The position numbers were made by a program, and so were the translations under genes. The notes beneath the pieces were generated by a model that was given only the letters and a program-made list of their open reading frames with translations, was not told where the DNA came from and searched no databases. This document shows, one piece after another, positions 44,763 to 57,300 of a DNA stretch of 64,000 bases (position 1 is its first letter; each line of letters begins with the position of its first letter). This DNA comes from an uncultured Chloroflexia bacterium (GTDB taxonomy: Bacteria > Chloroflexota > Limnocylindria > Limnocylindrales > CSP1-4), in NCBI GenBank assembly GCA_963720965.1, contig CAVRHD010000002.1, positions 155,908-219,907 of the forward strand. Direction: 5' to 3'.

Positions 44763-46459
44763 CCTATCGGACATGCGACGGCGCTCGACTCGTGGCCGTC
44801 TTCCGGGGGGCTGTCGGCAACCTCGAGGCGCACGTCGAGGAGGTCAACGAGCTGAACGTGTTCCCGGTTCCGGACGGCGATACCGGCACGAACATGCTGG
44901 CAACCGTTCGGGTCGCGCTGGACGAGGCCGAAGCGGTCGCCGGCAAATCGGCCGGGCGGGTAGCGGCGGCGATCAGCCTGGGCTCGTTGATGGGTGCCCG
45001 GGGGAACTCGGGCGTGATCGTGTCCCAGATCTGCCGGGGGATCGCCGAAGGCCTCGAAGGCAAGCGCCGGTTCAACGGCCTCGACTTCGCCCACGCCCTG
45101 ACCCGCGGCGCGGAGCTTGCCTACGCGGCCGTCGGCAAGCCCGTCGAGGGCACGATCCTGACCGTCGTTCGCGAGGCCGCGGCCGGTGCCAGGGCGGCAG
45201 CGGAGCACGACGACGATCTCGAGGCGGTCCTGGGGGCGACGGTCGACGCAGCCGAGCGCGCCGTCGCCTCGACCCCGGCCCTCCTGCCGGTCCTGCGCGA
45301 GGCGGGCGTGGTCGACTCCGGCGGCCAGGGCCTGTACCGGCTCTTCCAGGGTGCCCTGCTCGAGGTGGTCGGGGCGTCACCCGCGGCTGCCGTGGGAGCG
45401 CGCGGACGGTCTGGCGCCAAGCCGTCGGCGCTCGTCGCTCGCGCGGACGAGGGCTTCGGGTTCGAGACGATGCTGCTGATCCAGCCCCAAACCGGACTGA
45501 GCCTGGACGTCGATGAGATCCGGCGCCGGCTCCAGGCGATGGGTGAGTCCGTGGTCGTGGTCGGGGATACCCGCGCAGTCAAGATCCACGTCCACAGCGA
45601 ACATCCGGATCAGGTCCTGGCCTTTGCTCTGACCCTCGGCAGCCTCAGCCGGATCAGCGTCGAAAACCTGGACCAGCAGGCGCGCGAGCTGCGCGAACGA
45701 CGGGCCACCGAGTTCACGGCCGCCCGGCCCACGCTCGAGCCTTCGCCGTCAGCCGACCCGCCCGGGTCCTTCGCGGGCCCCGCGCCGGTCGACCCCGGAC
45801 GAGTGCCCCTGGCCGTCGTTGCCGTCGTCGCGGGCGACGGACTGGCGGCCATCTTCCGTGACTTCGGAGTCGCCGCGGTCGTTCGCGGCGGCCAGTCGGC
45901 CAACCCGAGCATCGCCGAGCTGATTGAGGCGATCGACGCCGCCCATGCCGACGAGACCCTGCTCCTGCCCAACAACGCCAACGTGATCCTGGCGGCGCGC
46001 CAGGCAGCCGCGCTGTCGAGCCGCCCCGTCCACGTCGTACCGACGCGCAACGCGGCCGAGGGGATCGCCGCCTTGCTGGCCCTCGATCCGGGCGGCGGCG
46101 GAGAGGCGAACGCGGCCGATATGACCCGGGCGGGCCAGGCGATCACGTCGCTCTCGGTCACGACCGCAGTCCGCGATGCGAAGGTCAGCGGACGGAAGGT
46201 GCGCAAGGGACAGACGATCGTGCTCGACCCGGATGACGGCCTGGTCGCGGTCGACGGGGATCGGAATAAGGCGATCGGGGCGGCAATCGCGGGCCTGCGG
46301 CCGGGGGTCGAGCTGGTCACCCTGTTCTACGGCGAGGGGGCCGACCTGGCCGAGGCGGAGGAGACCGCCGGTCAGATCGGCCGAGCGCGGCCCGACCTCG
46401 AGGTCGAGGTGCGCCACGGCGGGCAGCCCCACTACCGGTACCTGATCTCGGCGGAATAG
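44759..46459 (+). CDS. DAK2 domain-containing protein (YloV / fatty-acid kinase FakA-like)
   Basis: VFPVPDGDTGTNMLATV and ...GARGNSGVIVSQI... are DAK2 phosphate-binding motifs. 566 aa. The ATG overlaps the asp23 stop. Conserved asp23-DAK2-recG order. Confidence 0.85.
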   Translation: MTYRTCDGARLVAVFRGAVGNLEAHVEEVNELNVFPVPDGDTGTNMLATVRVALDEAEAVAGKSAGRVAAAISLGSLMGARGNSGVIVSQICRGIAEGLEGKRRFNGLDFAHALTRGAELAYAAVGKPVEGTILTVVREAAAGARAAAEHDDDLEAVLGATVDAAERAVASTPALLPVLREAGVVDSGGQGLYRLFQGALLEVVGASPAAAVGARGRSGAKPSALVARADEGFGFETMLLIQPQTGLSLDVDEIRRRLQAMGESVVVVGDTRAVKIHVHSEHPDQVLAFALTLGSLSRISVENLDQQARELRERRATEFTAARPTLEPSPSADPPGSFAGPAPVDPGRVPLAVVAVVAGDGLAAIFRDFGVAAVVRGGQSANPSIAELIEAIDAAHADETLLLPNNANVILAARQAAALSSRPVHVVPTRNAAEGIAALLALDPGGGGEANAADMTRAGQAITSLSVTTAVRDAKVSGRKVRKGQTIVLDPDDGLVAVDGDRNKAIGAAIAGLRPGVELVTLFYGEGADLAEAEETAGQIGRARPDLEVEVRHGGQPHYRYLISAE

Positions 46460-46462
46460 CCG

Positions 46463-48729
<2,267 letters not shown>

Positions 48730-48730
<1 letters not shown>

Positions 48731-49359
48731 TGCCCGCCAGGACCGGCGCCCCTGACCGGGCCGGCCGGGTGATCGCCGGCCGGGCGGCGGGTCGCCGGCT
48801 GGTGGGCGCCGGGCCGGCCACCCGGGCCCTGACCGACCGGGTCAAGCAGACCCTGTTCGCGATCCTGGATCCGGACCTGCCCGGGGCGAAGTTCCTGGAC
48901 CTGTGCGCGGGCACCGGCGCCGGCGGAATCGAGGCGCTGTCGCGCGATGCGGCCGCGGCCACCCTGGTCGAGCTCGATCGGGACGCCGCCAGGGCCATCC
49001 GGGTCAACCTCGAGCACACCGGCCTCGGCAGCCCGTCGGTCACGGTCGTTCGGGCCGATGCGGCGGCCTGGCTCCGCTCGGCGGAAGCCAGCGCGCTGGG
49101 GCCGTTCGATGTCGTCCTGCTCGACCCGCCCTATGACGATCCGGCCCTGCTGGCCGACCTGCTCGAGGTGCTCGGCAGCGATGCGCGCGGCCGAGCCGAC
49201 GAGCTGGAGCTCCTGGCGCCGGCCGCGACGGTCGTTGCCAAGCACTTCCGGCGGACGAGCCCGCCGCCCCGGATCGGCCTGCTACGATCGATCCGCGAAC
49301 GGCGCTTCGGCGAGACGACGCTGACCTTCTACCGCCGGGTCGCCAGGGAGGACGGATGA
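48730..49359 (+). CDS. rsmD: 16S rRNA (guanine966-N2)-methyltransferase RsmD
   Basis: RVIAGRAAGRRL...TRALTDRVKQTLFAIL...FLDLCAGTGAGGIEALSRDA...VLLDPPYDD. The ATG overlaps the recG stop. Confidence 0.85.
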
Positions 49360-49856
49360 GGGTCGCGGTCTATCCCGGGTCGTTCGATCCGGTCACGTTC
49401 GGCCACCTCGACGTTGCCCGCCGGGCAGCCGCCGTCTTCGACCAGGTCGTCTTCGCGGTGCTGACCAATCCCCGCAAGACCTCGCTGCTGACCGTCGCCG
49501 AGCGGCTCGAGACGATCCGGGCCTCGGTCGCGGCGACGGACCCCGAGCTGGCCGGACGGATCGACGTCCAGTCGTTCGACGGCCTCACGGTCGACGTCTG
49601 CCGGCGGGCCGGGGCGGCGTTCATCGTCCGGGGCCTGCGGGCCGTGTCGGACTTCGAGACGGAGATGCAACTGGCCCACAACAACCGGGTACTCGATCCA
49701 GGCCTCGACACGGTCTTCTTCATGACCTCGCTCGAGCACAGCTATGTCAGCTCGACCCTTGTCCGCGAGATCGCCCGGTTCGGCGGCGACGTGCGAGCGA
49801 TGGTTCCCGGTCCGGCCGAAGTTGCCCTGCGCGGGGCGGTTGAACGGGTGCGATAA
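49356..49856 (+). CDS. coaD: phosphopantetheine adenylyltransferase
   Basis: MRVAVYPGSFDPVTFGHLDVARRAA...VRGLRAVSDFETEMQLAHNNR...SSTLVREI. Confidence 0.95.
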   Translation: MRVAVYPGSFDPVTFGHLDVARRAAAVFDQVVFAVLTNPRKTSLLTVAERLETIRASVAATDPELAGRIDVQSFDGLTVDVCRRAGAAFIVRGLRAVSDFETEMQLAHNNRVLDPGLDTVFFMTSLEHSYVSSTLVREIARFGGDVRAMVPGPAEVALRGAVERVR

Positions 49857-49904
49857 TTCGGCCCAGCGCGGCTCCGTGCCGCGCAACCCAGGGAGGTCGG
49901 TCCG

Positions 49905-50450
49905 ATCGACATCATCTTCCTCGTCACGCGACTCGAAAACCTGATCGCCAGCGGGAAGAAGCTGCCCCTGACCAGCAACGTCGTTCTGGACCAGGCCGCC
50001 GCGCTCGGCCTGATCGACGAGCTGCGCGTCGCCATCCCGGAGGAGATTCGAGCCGCCAAGCGGATCAACGCCGAGGGTGAACGGATCATCGAGAAGGCCC
50101 AGGAGGAGGCGGAGTCGATCGTTGCCCGGGCGCAGGAACAGGCGGCTTTCCTGATCGAGGAGCGCGGCCTGACCCAGGCGGCCGAGGACGAGGGTCGGCG
50201 CATCGTCGACCGGGCCAACGCCGAGTCTGAAGGGATCCGCCACGGTGCCGACGAGTACGCCGCGTCTGTCCTGGGCGGGCTCGAGGCGGAGGTGGCCCGG
50301 ACCCTCCAGAGCATTCGCAAGGGCATTGCCCTGATCGATTCGCGCACGCCGCCCGACGTCGATGACGAGGCACCCGTGGTGCCTGCCGACGGCTACGCCG
50401 ACGATGACGAGGACCTGGAGCCGGCGCCAACCCGCTCAGCGCGCGGATGA
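49905..50450 (+). CDS. conserved coiled-coil protein (ATP-synthase-b-like low-complexity helix); no canonical start codon, not in the supplied ORF track
   Basis: The frame is open from 49857 to TGA 50448-50450, and that stop overlaps the yceD ATG (ATGA). The translation is IDIIFLVTRLENLIASGKKLPLTSNVVLDQAAALGLIDELRVAIPEEIRAAKRINAEGERIIEKAQEEAESIVARAQEQAAFLIEERGL...IRKGIALID... GGGAGG at 49891-49896 lies 8 nt before an in-frame ATC at 49905. The first in-frame ATG/GTG/TTG is GTG 50292. Confidence 0.65.
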   Translation: MDIIFLVTRLENLIASGKKLPLTSNVVLDQAAALGLIDELRVAIPEEIRAAKRINAEGERIIEKAQEEAESIVARAQEQAAFLIEERGLTQAAEDEGRRIVDRANAESEGIRHGADEYAASVLGGLEAEVARTLQSIRKGIALIDSRTPPDVDDEAPVVPADGYADDDEDLEPAPTRSARG

Positions 50451-51031
50451 CCGCCGGGGCGGCCGGCCCGGCCGGCACCTCGGGCACGTCTCTGAGATTC
50501 CCGGCTGCGGCGCTGTTGGCCGAGCCGGCCGGCAGCCGGCGCGACATTGCCATCAGCGAAGCGCACCTTGATCTAGGGCCGGACCTCGTCCTCGCCCAGC
50601 CGGTCAGCGGACGGGTCCGGTTCAGCCGCACGAATCGAGGCTTGCTGATCACCGGCGTCCTCGAGACCGCGCTCGAGCTCGCCTGCAGCCGCTGCCTGCG
50701 ACCGATCGAGCTGCCCCTCGTGGTCGCGCTCGACGAGGAGGCCCTGCCGGCCATCGACCTCGCCTCGGGCCGCCAGCTCGACCCGTCGGTCGAGCCCGAG
50801 ATCGTGCGCCTGACCGACCACCATGAAGTCGAGCTCGAGCCGCTGATCCGCGAGGCGATCCAGCTGGCCGAGCCGATTGCCCCGATCTGCCGGCCCGACT
50901 GCCCGGGGCTCTGTGTTGTCTGTGGAGTCCGCCTCGATGACGGGCCCCACGAGCACGACGAACCGCCAGTCGACCCGCGCCTGGAGGCGCTCCGGGCGTT
51001 CCGGGTCGACGGCGGAGCCGAGACGGGCTAG
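50447..51031 (+). CDS. yceD: YceD/DUF177 family protein (large-subunit rRNA accumulation protein)
   Basis: Contains CSRCLRPIELPLVVALDEE and EPIAPICRPDCPGLCVVCGVRLDDGPHEHD. The position immediately upstream of rpmF is conserved. Confidence 0.85.
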   Translation: MTAGAAGPAGTSGTSLRFPAAALLAEPAGSRRDIAISEAHLDLGPDLVLAQPVSGRVRFSRTNRGLLITGVLETALELACSRCLRPIELPLVVALDEEALPAIDLASGRQLDPSVEPEIVRLTDHHEVELEPLIREAIQLAEPIAPICRPDCPGLCVVCGVRLDDGPHEHDEPPVDPRLEALRAFRVDGGAETG

Positions 51032-51156
51032 ACTCGCCCGTCGGCCCCCCTGATCGCCGGCAGGCATGCTCGCGACGGGCGCCGACCCGTTCATTGACCA
51101 ACCAGCGCCGGTGACCGCCCGCGCCTCGACCAGTGCCAGAGGAGATACCAGGAGCA

Positions 51157-51357
51157 ATGGGAGTCCCCAAGCGACGGGTTTCGCACGCCCGGCAGGGCGA
51201 TCGCCGCAGTCATGAGGCGCTGACCTTGCCGCAGCTCGAAGAATGCCCGCATTGTCACGAACCCAAGCAGGCCCATCACGCCTGTCCGAATTGCGGCTAC
51301 TACGGTGGTCGCCAGGCGATCGACCTGAAGCGGCCGTCGGACGAGGCCGCCTCCTAG
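51157..51357 (+). CDS. rpmF: 50S ribosomal protein L32
   Basis: MGVPKRRVSHARQGDRRSHEAL...CPHCHEPKQAHHACPNCGYYGGR. The internal ATG 51157 is preferred, since L32 proteins begin M-A/G-VPKRR. Confidence 0.9.
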   Translation: MGVPKRRVSHARQGDRRSHEALTLPQLEECPHCHEPKQAHHACPNCGYYGGRQAIDLKRPSDEAAS

Positions 51358-51361
51358 GCAC

Positions 51362-52462
51362 GTGGACCTGAGCGCCATCCGGGGCGCCACCTCCGACCGT
51401 CGCGTCCGGATTGCCGTCGATGTGATGGGCGGCGACCACGCGCCCGAGGAACCGATCGAGGGTGCGCTGCTCCACGCCCGGGCCCACCCCGAGGACGACC
51501 TGGTGTTCGTCGGCGACGAGATCCAGGTCCGGGCGATCGTCGGTACCGACGTGCCGGCCAACGTCAGCTTCGTCCATGCCGGCGAGGTCGTCGGGATGGA
51601 GGATCACGCCGCCCAGAACGTCCGGACCAAGAAGGACGCCTCGATCAACGTCGCGATGAAGCTGGTCCACACGGGCGCCGCCGACGGCGTGGTCACGGCC
51701 GGCCATACGGGGGCCGGGGTCGCCGCAGCCATCCTGCACCTGCACCGCGCGCCGGGCGTGGACCGCCCTGCCCTGGCCGTCCAGATGGTCACCGAATCCG
51801 GGCCGTTCGTCCTCCTCGACATCGGCGCCACGACCAACTCGACGGGCGAGCAGCTCTACCAGTTCGCGGCCATGGGGGCCCTCTTCGCCGAGCGTGTCCT
51901 GGGCGTCGATCGGCCACGGATCGCCCTCCTCTCGATCGGCGAGGAGACCGGCAAGGGCGACGCCCGGATCCAGCGGGCGACCGAGCTGCTGCAGGCCTCC
52001 GGCCTGAACTTCGTCGGCAACGTCGAGGGCAAGGACCTGGTCAAGCACATGGCCGACGTCGTGGTCTGCGACGCGGTGGTCGGCAATGTCGTGATCAAGT
52101 TCTTCGAGGGCCTGTCCCAGTTCATCTTCGGCCTGCTCCGCCAGGAGTTCGAGCGCAAGCCGTTCGGGCCCCCGGCCTATCTGCTGATGCGCCCGGGAAT
52201 CCGCCGAATCCGCAAGATCTTCGACTACGAGACCTCCGGCGGCTCGCCTCTCCTGGGGGTGCGCGGGACCGTGATCATTACCCACGGCCGCGCCCGGCGG
52301 CGGATGATCTCGTATGCCGTGGCGGTTGGCGCGGCGGCCGCCCGGGCGGGCATCCCGGCCCTCATCGCCGAGACGTTCGAAGGACCGCCGCCGACCCGCG
52401 GCGAAAGCCACGCCGAAGCCCCCGACGAAGTCCACGACGACCACGCCGAAGCGACCCGATGA
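51362..52462 (+). CDS. plsX: phosphate acyltransferase PlsX
   Basis: RIAVDVMGGDHAPEEPIEGAL...DGVVTAGHTGAGVAAA...GSPLLGVRGTVIITHG. rpmF-plsX linkage. Confidence 0.9.
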   Translation: MDLSAIRGATSDRRVRIAVDVMGGDHAPEEPIEGALLHARAHPEDDLVFVGDEIQVRAIVGTDVPANVSFVHAGEVVGMEDHAAQNVRTKKDASINVAMKLVHTGAADGVVTAGHTGAGVAAAILHLHRAPGVDRPALAVQMVTESGPFVLLDIGATTNSTGEQLYQFAAMGALFAERVLGVDRPRIALLSIGEETGKGDARIQRATELLQASGLNFVGNVEGKDLVKHMADVVVCDAVVGNVVIKFFEGLSQFIFGLLRQEFERKPFGPPAYLLMRPGIRRIRKIFDYETSGGSPLLGVRGTVIITHGRARRRMISYAVAVGAAAARAGIPALIAETFEGPPPTRGESHAEAPDEVHDDHAEATR

Positions 52463-52776
52463 ACACGCCGGAGTTGATCGTCGGTCCCAGCGTCGTCCTC
52501 GAGACGATCCGGCTGGCCGCCCTCGGGGTCCCCGGCGTGGTCCGGGTCGGCCGCTCGGGCGGCCGGCTGCGAGGCTGGCTCGACGGCCCGGCCATCGCCG
52601 CCGATCTCAGCCCGACCGAGGCGACCCAGGTCCGGATCTCGATCGTGGCCCGTCCGGCGACGTCCCTCCGCGGGATCGCCGGCGGGGTCCACTCGGCGAT
52701 CCGGATGGCCCTTGAAGGGCAGCTCGGCCTGACGGTCGGGACCGTGCTGGTGACCATCGACGGCATAGGCAACTGA
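52459..52776 (+). CDS. Asp23/Gls24 family protein (second copy, YqhY-like)
   Basis: 105 aa: VVLETIRLAALGVPGVVRV...VRISIVARPATSLRGIAGGVHSAIRMALEGQLGLTVGTVLVTIDGI. The ATG overlaps the plsX stop. Its position directly upstream of nusB matches Firmicutes yqhY-nusB. Confidence 0.75.
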   Translation: MNTPELIVGPSVVLETIRLAALGVPGVVRVGRSGGRLRGWLDGPAIAADLSPTEATQVRISIVARPATSLRGIAGGVHSAIRMALEGQLGLTVGTVLVTIDGIGN

Positions 52777-52781
52777 GGGCC

Positions 52782-53280
52782 ATGGCGGCGTCCAGCGCGC
52801 GGACTGGCCAGGACGAGATTCGAGCCCACCGTCAGGCCCGCCGGCTGGCCCTCGCGTCGATCTTCGAGGCCGGCTTCGGACAGCGCACGGCCGAGGCGGT
52901 CCTGGAACGCCACCTGGCCGAAATCGACGGCAGCCCCCGAGACGGCCCGGTTCGCCCGGCTGCTGGTCACCGTGACCGTCGCCGATCGAGACGGGATCGA
53001 CGGTCGAATCGGGCGACTGGCGCCCCAGTACCCGGTCGTCCAGCTGGCTCGAATCGACCGCGCGTTGCTGCAAACGGCCATGGGCGAGGTGCTACACTCC
53101 CCGGCGACGCCGGCCCGAGTTGCGATCGCCGAATGGGTCGAGCTGGCACGAATTTACAGTGGAGACCCGGCGCGGCGCCTCATGAACGGCGTCCTCGGGC
53201 GACTCACCAGGGACGCGGCCGCGTCGACCGACGAATCGGCCGGCGATCCCGCAGATGATGCCGGCGTTCCTGCCGGGTGA
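52782..53280 (+). pseudogene. nusB: transcription antitermination factor NusB, interrupted by a +1 frame break at a C5 run as assembled
   Basis: The N-terminus MAASSARTGQDEIRAHRQARRLALASIFEAGFGQRTAEAVLERHLAEIDGS is in frame 0. The remainder, PETARFARLLVTVTVADRDGIDGRIGRLAPQYPVVQLARIDRALLQTAMGEVLH...[29 protein letters not shown], is in frame +1 (ORF 52972..53280 plus its open upstream part). The frames meet at CCCCC 52934-52938. Confidence 0.8.
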
Positions 53281-53305
53281 TGACCGAGCTTGCAGGAGGG
53301 ACTCC

Positions 53306-53542
53306 GTGGCCACTACCTACGATCGCCTGAAGAAGATCGTCGTCGAACAGCTCGGCGTCGACGAGGCCGATGTCAAGCCCGAGGCGTCGTTTGTCGATGA
53401 CCTCAACGCTGACTCCCTCGACCTCGTCGAGCTGATCATGAGCCTCGAGGAAGAGTTCGGAACCGAGATCTCCGATGAGGATGCCGAGCGGATCCGGACG
53501 GTCGGCGACGCGGTCGAGTACATCGACGAGCGCACCTCCTAG
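53306..53542 (+). CDS. acpP: acyl carrier protein
   Basis: [73 protein letters not shown] (DSLD phosphopantetheine site). GTG 53306 lies 5 nt after AGGAGGG. Confidence 0.9.
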   Translation: MATTYDRLKKIVVEQLGVDEADVKPEASFVDDLNADSLDLVELIMSLEEEFGTEISDEDAERIRTVGDAVEYIDERTS

Positions 53543-53594
53543 GATCTGACCGACGGGTGGGTCTCCGCCCGTCGCGCCGGGGCCTCCTGCCCGC

Positions 53595-54314
53595 ATGCCC
53601 TCGGCCGTCGCCTTCGCCGCCTATCTGGGGTTGCCCATCCGCGACCTCGACCTCTTCGGCCGGGCACTCATTCACAGCAGCTACCAGCACGAGCATCGGG
53701 AGCAGAGTGGCGGCCACAATGAGCGCCTCGAGTTCCTGGGCGATGCCGTCGTATCCCTGGTGATCTCCGAGGCCCTGTACCAGCGCTGGCCGACCGACGA
53801 CGAGGGACTCCTCTCGGCGCGCCGGGCGGCGATCGTGAGCACGGCCGGCCTGGCCCGCCTCGCCAACCGGCTCGAGCTGGGGGCCTGGCTGCTCCTCGGC
53901 GAAGGTGAATCGCAGCGAGGCGGCCGGCGCCGGCCGTCACTCCTGGCCTCGGCCTTCGAGGCGGTGGCCGGCGCGATCTTCGTCGACCTCGGCTTCGAGG
54001 CGGCGCGCGACTGGATCCTGGGCGTGGCCGAGCCGGAGCTCGAGTCGGACGCGGCCGCCGGCAGCCTGAAGAGCCCCAAGAGCCAGCTCCAGGAGCACAC
54101 CCAGCAGCTCAGCGGCGAACGCCCCATCTATCAGTTGATCGACGTCTCCGGGCCCGACCACGAGCGGATCTTCCGGGTCGAGGTGAGCATCGCGGGACAG
54201 GTCACCGGCGTGGGCACGGGGTCGTCCCGGCGGGTGGCCGAGACGGCCGCAGCCAGCGCGGCGCTCGAAGCGCTGCGACGCTCCCCGGCCGGCGCCGAGC
54301 TGGCCCCGGGATGA
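53595..54314 (+). CDS. rnc: ribonuclease III
   Basis: ALIHSSYQHEHREQSGGHNERLEFLGDAVVSLVISEALY is the RNase III signature. C-terminal dsRBD: KSQLQEHTQQ...PIYQLIDVSGPDHERIFRVEVSI...GTGSSRRVAETAAA. Confidence 0.95.
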   Translation: MPSAVAFAAYLGLPIRDLDLFGRALIHSSYQHEHREQSGGHNERLEFLGDAVVSLVISEALYQRWPTDDEGLLSARRAAIVSTAGLARLANRLELGAWLLLGEGESQRGGRRRPSLLASAFEAVAGAIFVDLGFEAARDWILGVAEPELESDAAAGSLKSPKSQLQEHTQQLSGERPIYQLIDVSGPDHERIFRVEVSIAGQVTGVGTGSSRRVAETAAASAALEALRRSPAGAELAPG

Positions 54315-57300
54315 GCTCCGCCCGCCTCCTCGCGCTTCGCCTGCAGGGCTTCAAATCCTTCGCCGAGCGTACCTCGGTCGAATTCGGGCCCGGGATCAGC
54401 GCGGTGGTCGGACCGAACGGCTCGGGCAAGAGCAACCTGGCCGATGGCCTGCGCTGGGCACTCGGCGAGCAGGGCCGAGCCCTGCGCAGCCGGAAGTCCG
54501 AGGACGTCATCTTCGCCGGCTCGGACAAGCGCCCGGCCCTGGGCATGGCCGACGTCAGCCTGGTCCTGGACAACGCCGACGGACTGCTGCCCGTGGACTA
54601 CCAGGTCCTCGAGCTTGGCCGCCGGCTGTACCGGTCGGGCGAGAACGACTACCTGCTCAATCGCGGACGGGTCCGCCTGAAGGACCTGGTCGATCTGCTC
54701 GACGCGGCCCACCTTGCCGACAACGCGTTCCTGTTCATCGGCCAGGGCATGGTCGACCAGGCGTTGGCCCTGCGACCCGAGGAGCGCCGCCCCCTCTTCG
54801 AGGAGGTCGCCGGGGTTCGGCGCCACGAGCGTCGGCGCAGGCGGGCCGAGGAGCAGCTGGTCGAGGCCGAGACCAACCTGGCCCGGGTCCAGGACATCTT
54901 GGGCGAGCTCAGGCCGCAGGCGCGCCGCCTGGCCGCCCAGGCCGAGCAACAGACCAGCCGGGCCAGCGCCGGCGACGAGCTGGCCGACGGACTGGTGGCG
55001 AGCGCACATGCCCGTTGGCATCGGGCCGCCGGCCTGGCGGCCGAAGCGACGGCCCGCCTCGAGCGGACCAGGCTGGAGACGGACAAGGCGATGGCGATGC
55101 TCGTCGAGGCCGAGTCTGCCCTGGCCGAGATCGCCGGCCGGCTGGCTCGCCGGGCCTCTGTCGAGATCGAACGCCGTGACGCCCTGGAGGCGGCACGCTC
55201 GGCCCTGACCGGCCTGCAGCTGGCGGCAACCCGGCAGGTGGCCGAGCTCGATGCCGCGCGACGGGATCAGATCCGGCTGGAAGAAGAGCGAGCGGCGGCC
55301 GAGTCCGAGCTGGCCGCGCGCCAGCGCGCCCTGGCCGTCGCTCCGCCCGAACGGGATGCCGCTCTCCAGGCCGCCCTCGAGGAGGCCGAGCTCGCGCTGG
55401 CCGACGCACGCCGAGAGCTGGGCGCACTCCAGGCGGCCAGCCAGGCCGAGGGACAGGAGCGGGCTGCGCTGGAGCGGGCCTTGGCCGCGAGAGCCGCCGA
55501 GCTGGAGGCGGCTCGCCGCCAGCTGGTCGACGCCGAACGGCGGTCAGTCGAGGATTTCGAGCGCGCATCCGCCGCTGCCGTGGAGCATGCCACGGCCGAG
55601 ACCGCCCTTGAGCTGGCCCGCCAGGCCCATCGCGCGGCGATCTCGGCGGAGCTGGCTGGGGCGAAAGCCGTCGACGCGGCTCGAATGGCGGCCGATGCGG
55701 CTGATGGGGCTCGCCGTGTCGCCGACGAGCAGGCAGCTGCCGCCGGGGCAGCCGTGGCCGCCGTGCGCGGTCGCCTGGCTGGAGCGATGGCCCGCAAGGC
55801 CGACGAGGAAGCGCGCGGGATCGCCCGGGCGGCACGGCGGGTCGGCGGGCGTCGAGTCGACAGCGGCCTGCAGGTAGATCCAGCGTTCCGGGCTGCCGTC
55901 GAGGTTGCCCTGGGCCAGGTTGGGCAGGGCTACCTGGTCGGACGCTCGGCGGTCGGCCAGCTCGCTTCCGAGCGAGGCTGGTTGGTGCTAGAGCGCGACG
56001 ACCCGGCCGCGACGGTTCCGGCGCGGGCGACGGACACCTTCCAGAATCGGCTGGCCAGCCTCGGCGGGGGACTGCTCGTCGACGCCATTCGGCGCGATGA
56101 GGTCGGCGCCGCCCGGTCTCTCCTGGCTCGAACCGCCTGGTCGCCCGACCTCGAATCGGCCCTCGAGCTGCAGCTCGTCCTGCCGCCCGGCTGGCAGGTC
56201 GTGGTCCGCGATGGCTCGGCCCTCCTTGGCCAGGCGACCGTGGCCCTGGGCAAGGCCGACGGCAGCCTGGAACGGCAGGCGGAGCTGGCCGGGCTCGAGG
56301 CCGACGTCGCCCGGCTCGAACGCGATGGGGCACGCCACCAGTCGGCGGCCGAGGCGGCCGCGACCGGGGTCGAGACGGCTCGGGCTGCGCTCGAAGTCGC
56401 CAGGGCCGAGGAAGCCCGTGTCGGGGCGGCCCGCCGGGCGGCCGAAGAAGCGGAACGGACGGCGGCCCGGAGCGTCGAGCGCCTGGCCCGCGAGGCCGCC
56501 TGGCAGCAGGCCTCGGCGACCCGGAGCGAGGTTGAGCTCGAGCGCCAGCGCGCGGCCCTGGCCGAGCTCGAGATTTCCGAATCGCAGGCCGATCCGCCGC
56601 TACGTTCGTCTCGCAGCCGTCCGTCGTCTGACCCAGCGACCGCGCCGGACAGCGCCCTCGAAACCTGGGAGCGCCGGGTCACCGACCTGCGTGGCCGGCG
56701 AGACCGCCTTGCCGCCGAATTCGCCGAGCGGGAGCTCATTCGGTCTGCGGCCGAGTCGGCCCACGCCCGCGAGACGGCCGCCGCGACGATGGGTCGCGAT
56801 CAGATCGAGCGCTTGGACCGGCAGATCCGCGAGCTCGCCCAGCGCGATTCGGCGATCGTCATGGAGCGCGACCATCTGGCGGTCGACGTGGCTGCCGCCA
56901 CCAGCCGGGAAGAGGGCCTGCGTGCCGCATTGGCGGAGGTCCGGGCCGTCGAGGCAGGCGACCGGGAGCTCCTTGCGAGGGCCGATGCGGCGACCACCGC
57001 CGCGCGCGATCGCCTGCGCAGTGCCGAGGACCGCCATCGGGCCGCCGAGGTCGGCGAGCTCGAGGGTCGCCTGGCCCTCGACCTGATCCGGGAGCAGGCC
57101 CTGGTCGAGATCGGCGGCCTGGGCGCCCTCGGGCTACGGGCGCTCGGGATCACCGGCCGCGGGCCGGCGACCGTCGACGCTGGCAACGCCGAGGCCGACC
57201 CCGCCGCGCCCACGCCGGCCGAGCCCCGGCCCGCCGACGAGGAGCCGAGCCTGGACCAGATCCCCGAGGCAGTGCTGGCGGGTTGGGCCTCCACGACGCC

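Noticed and set aside
49854-49905. Read-through of the coaD TAA stop producing a CoaD fusion with the downstream coiled-coil ORF (same frame)
   Set aside because: The same frame has a one-in-three chance by accident. A GGGAGG ribosome-binding site sits inside the 48-nt spacer. CoaD ends at its normal length.
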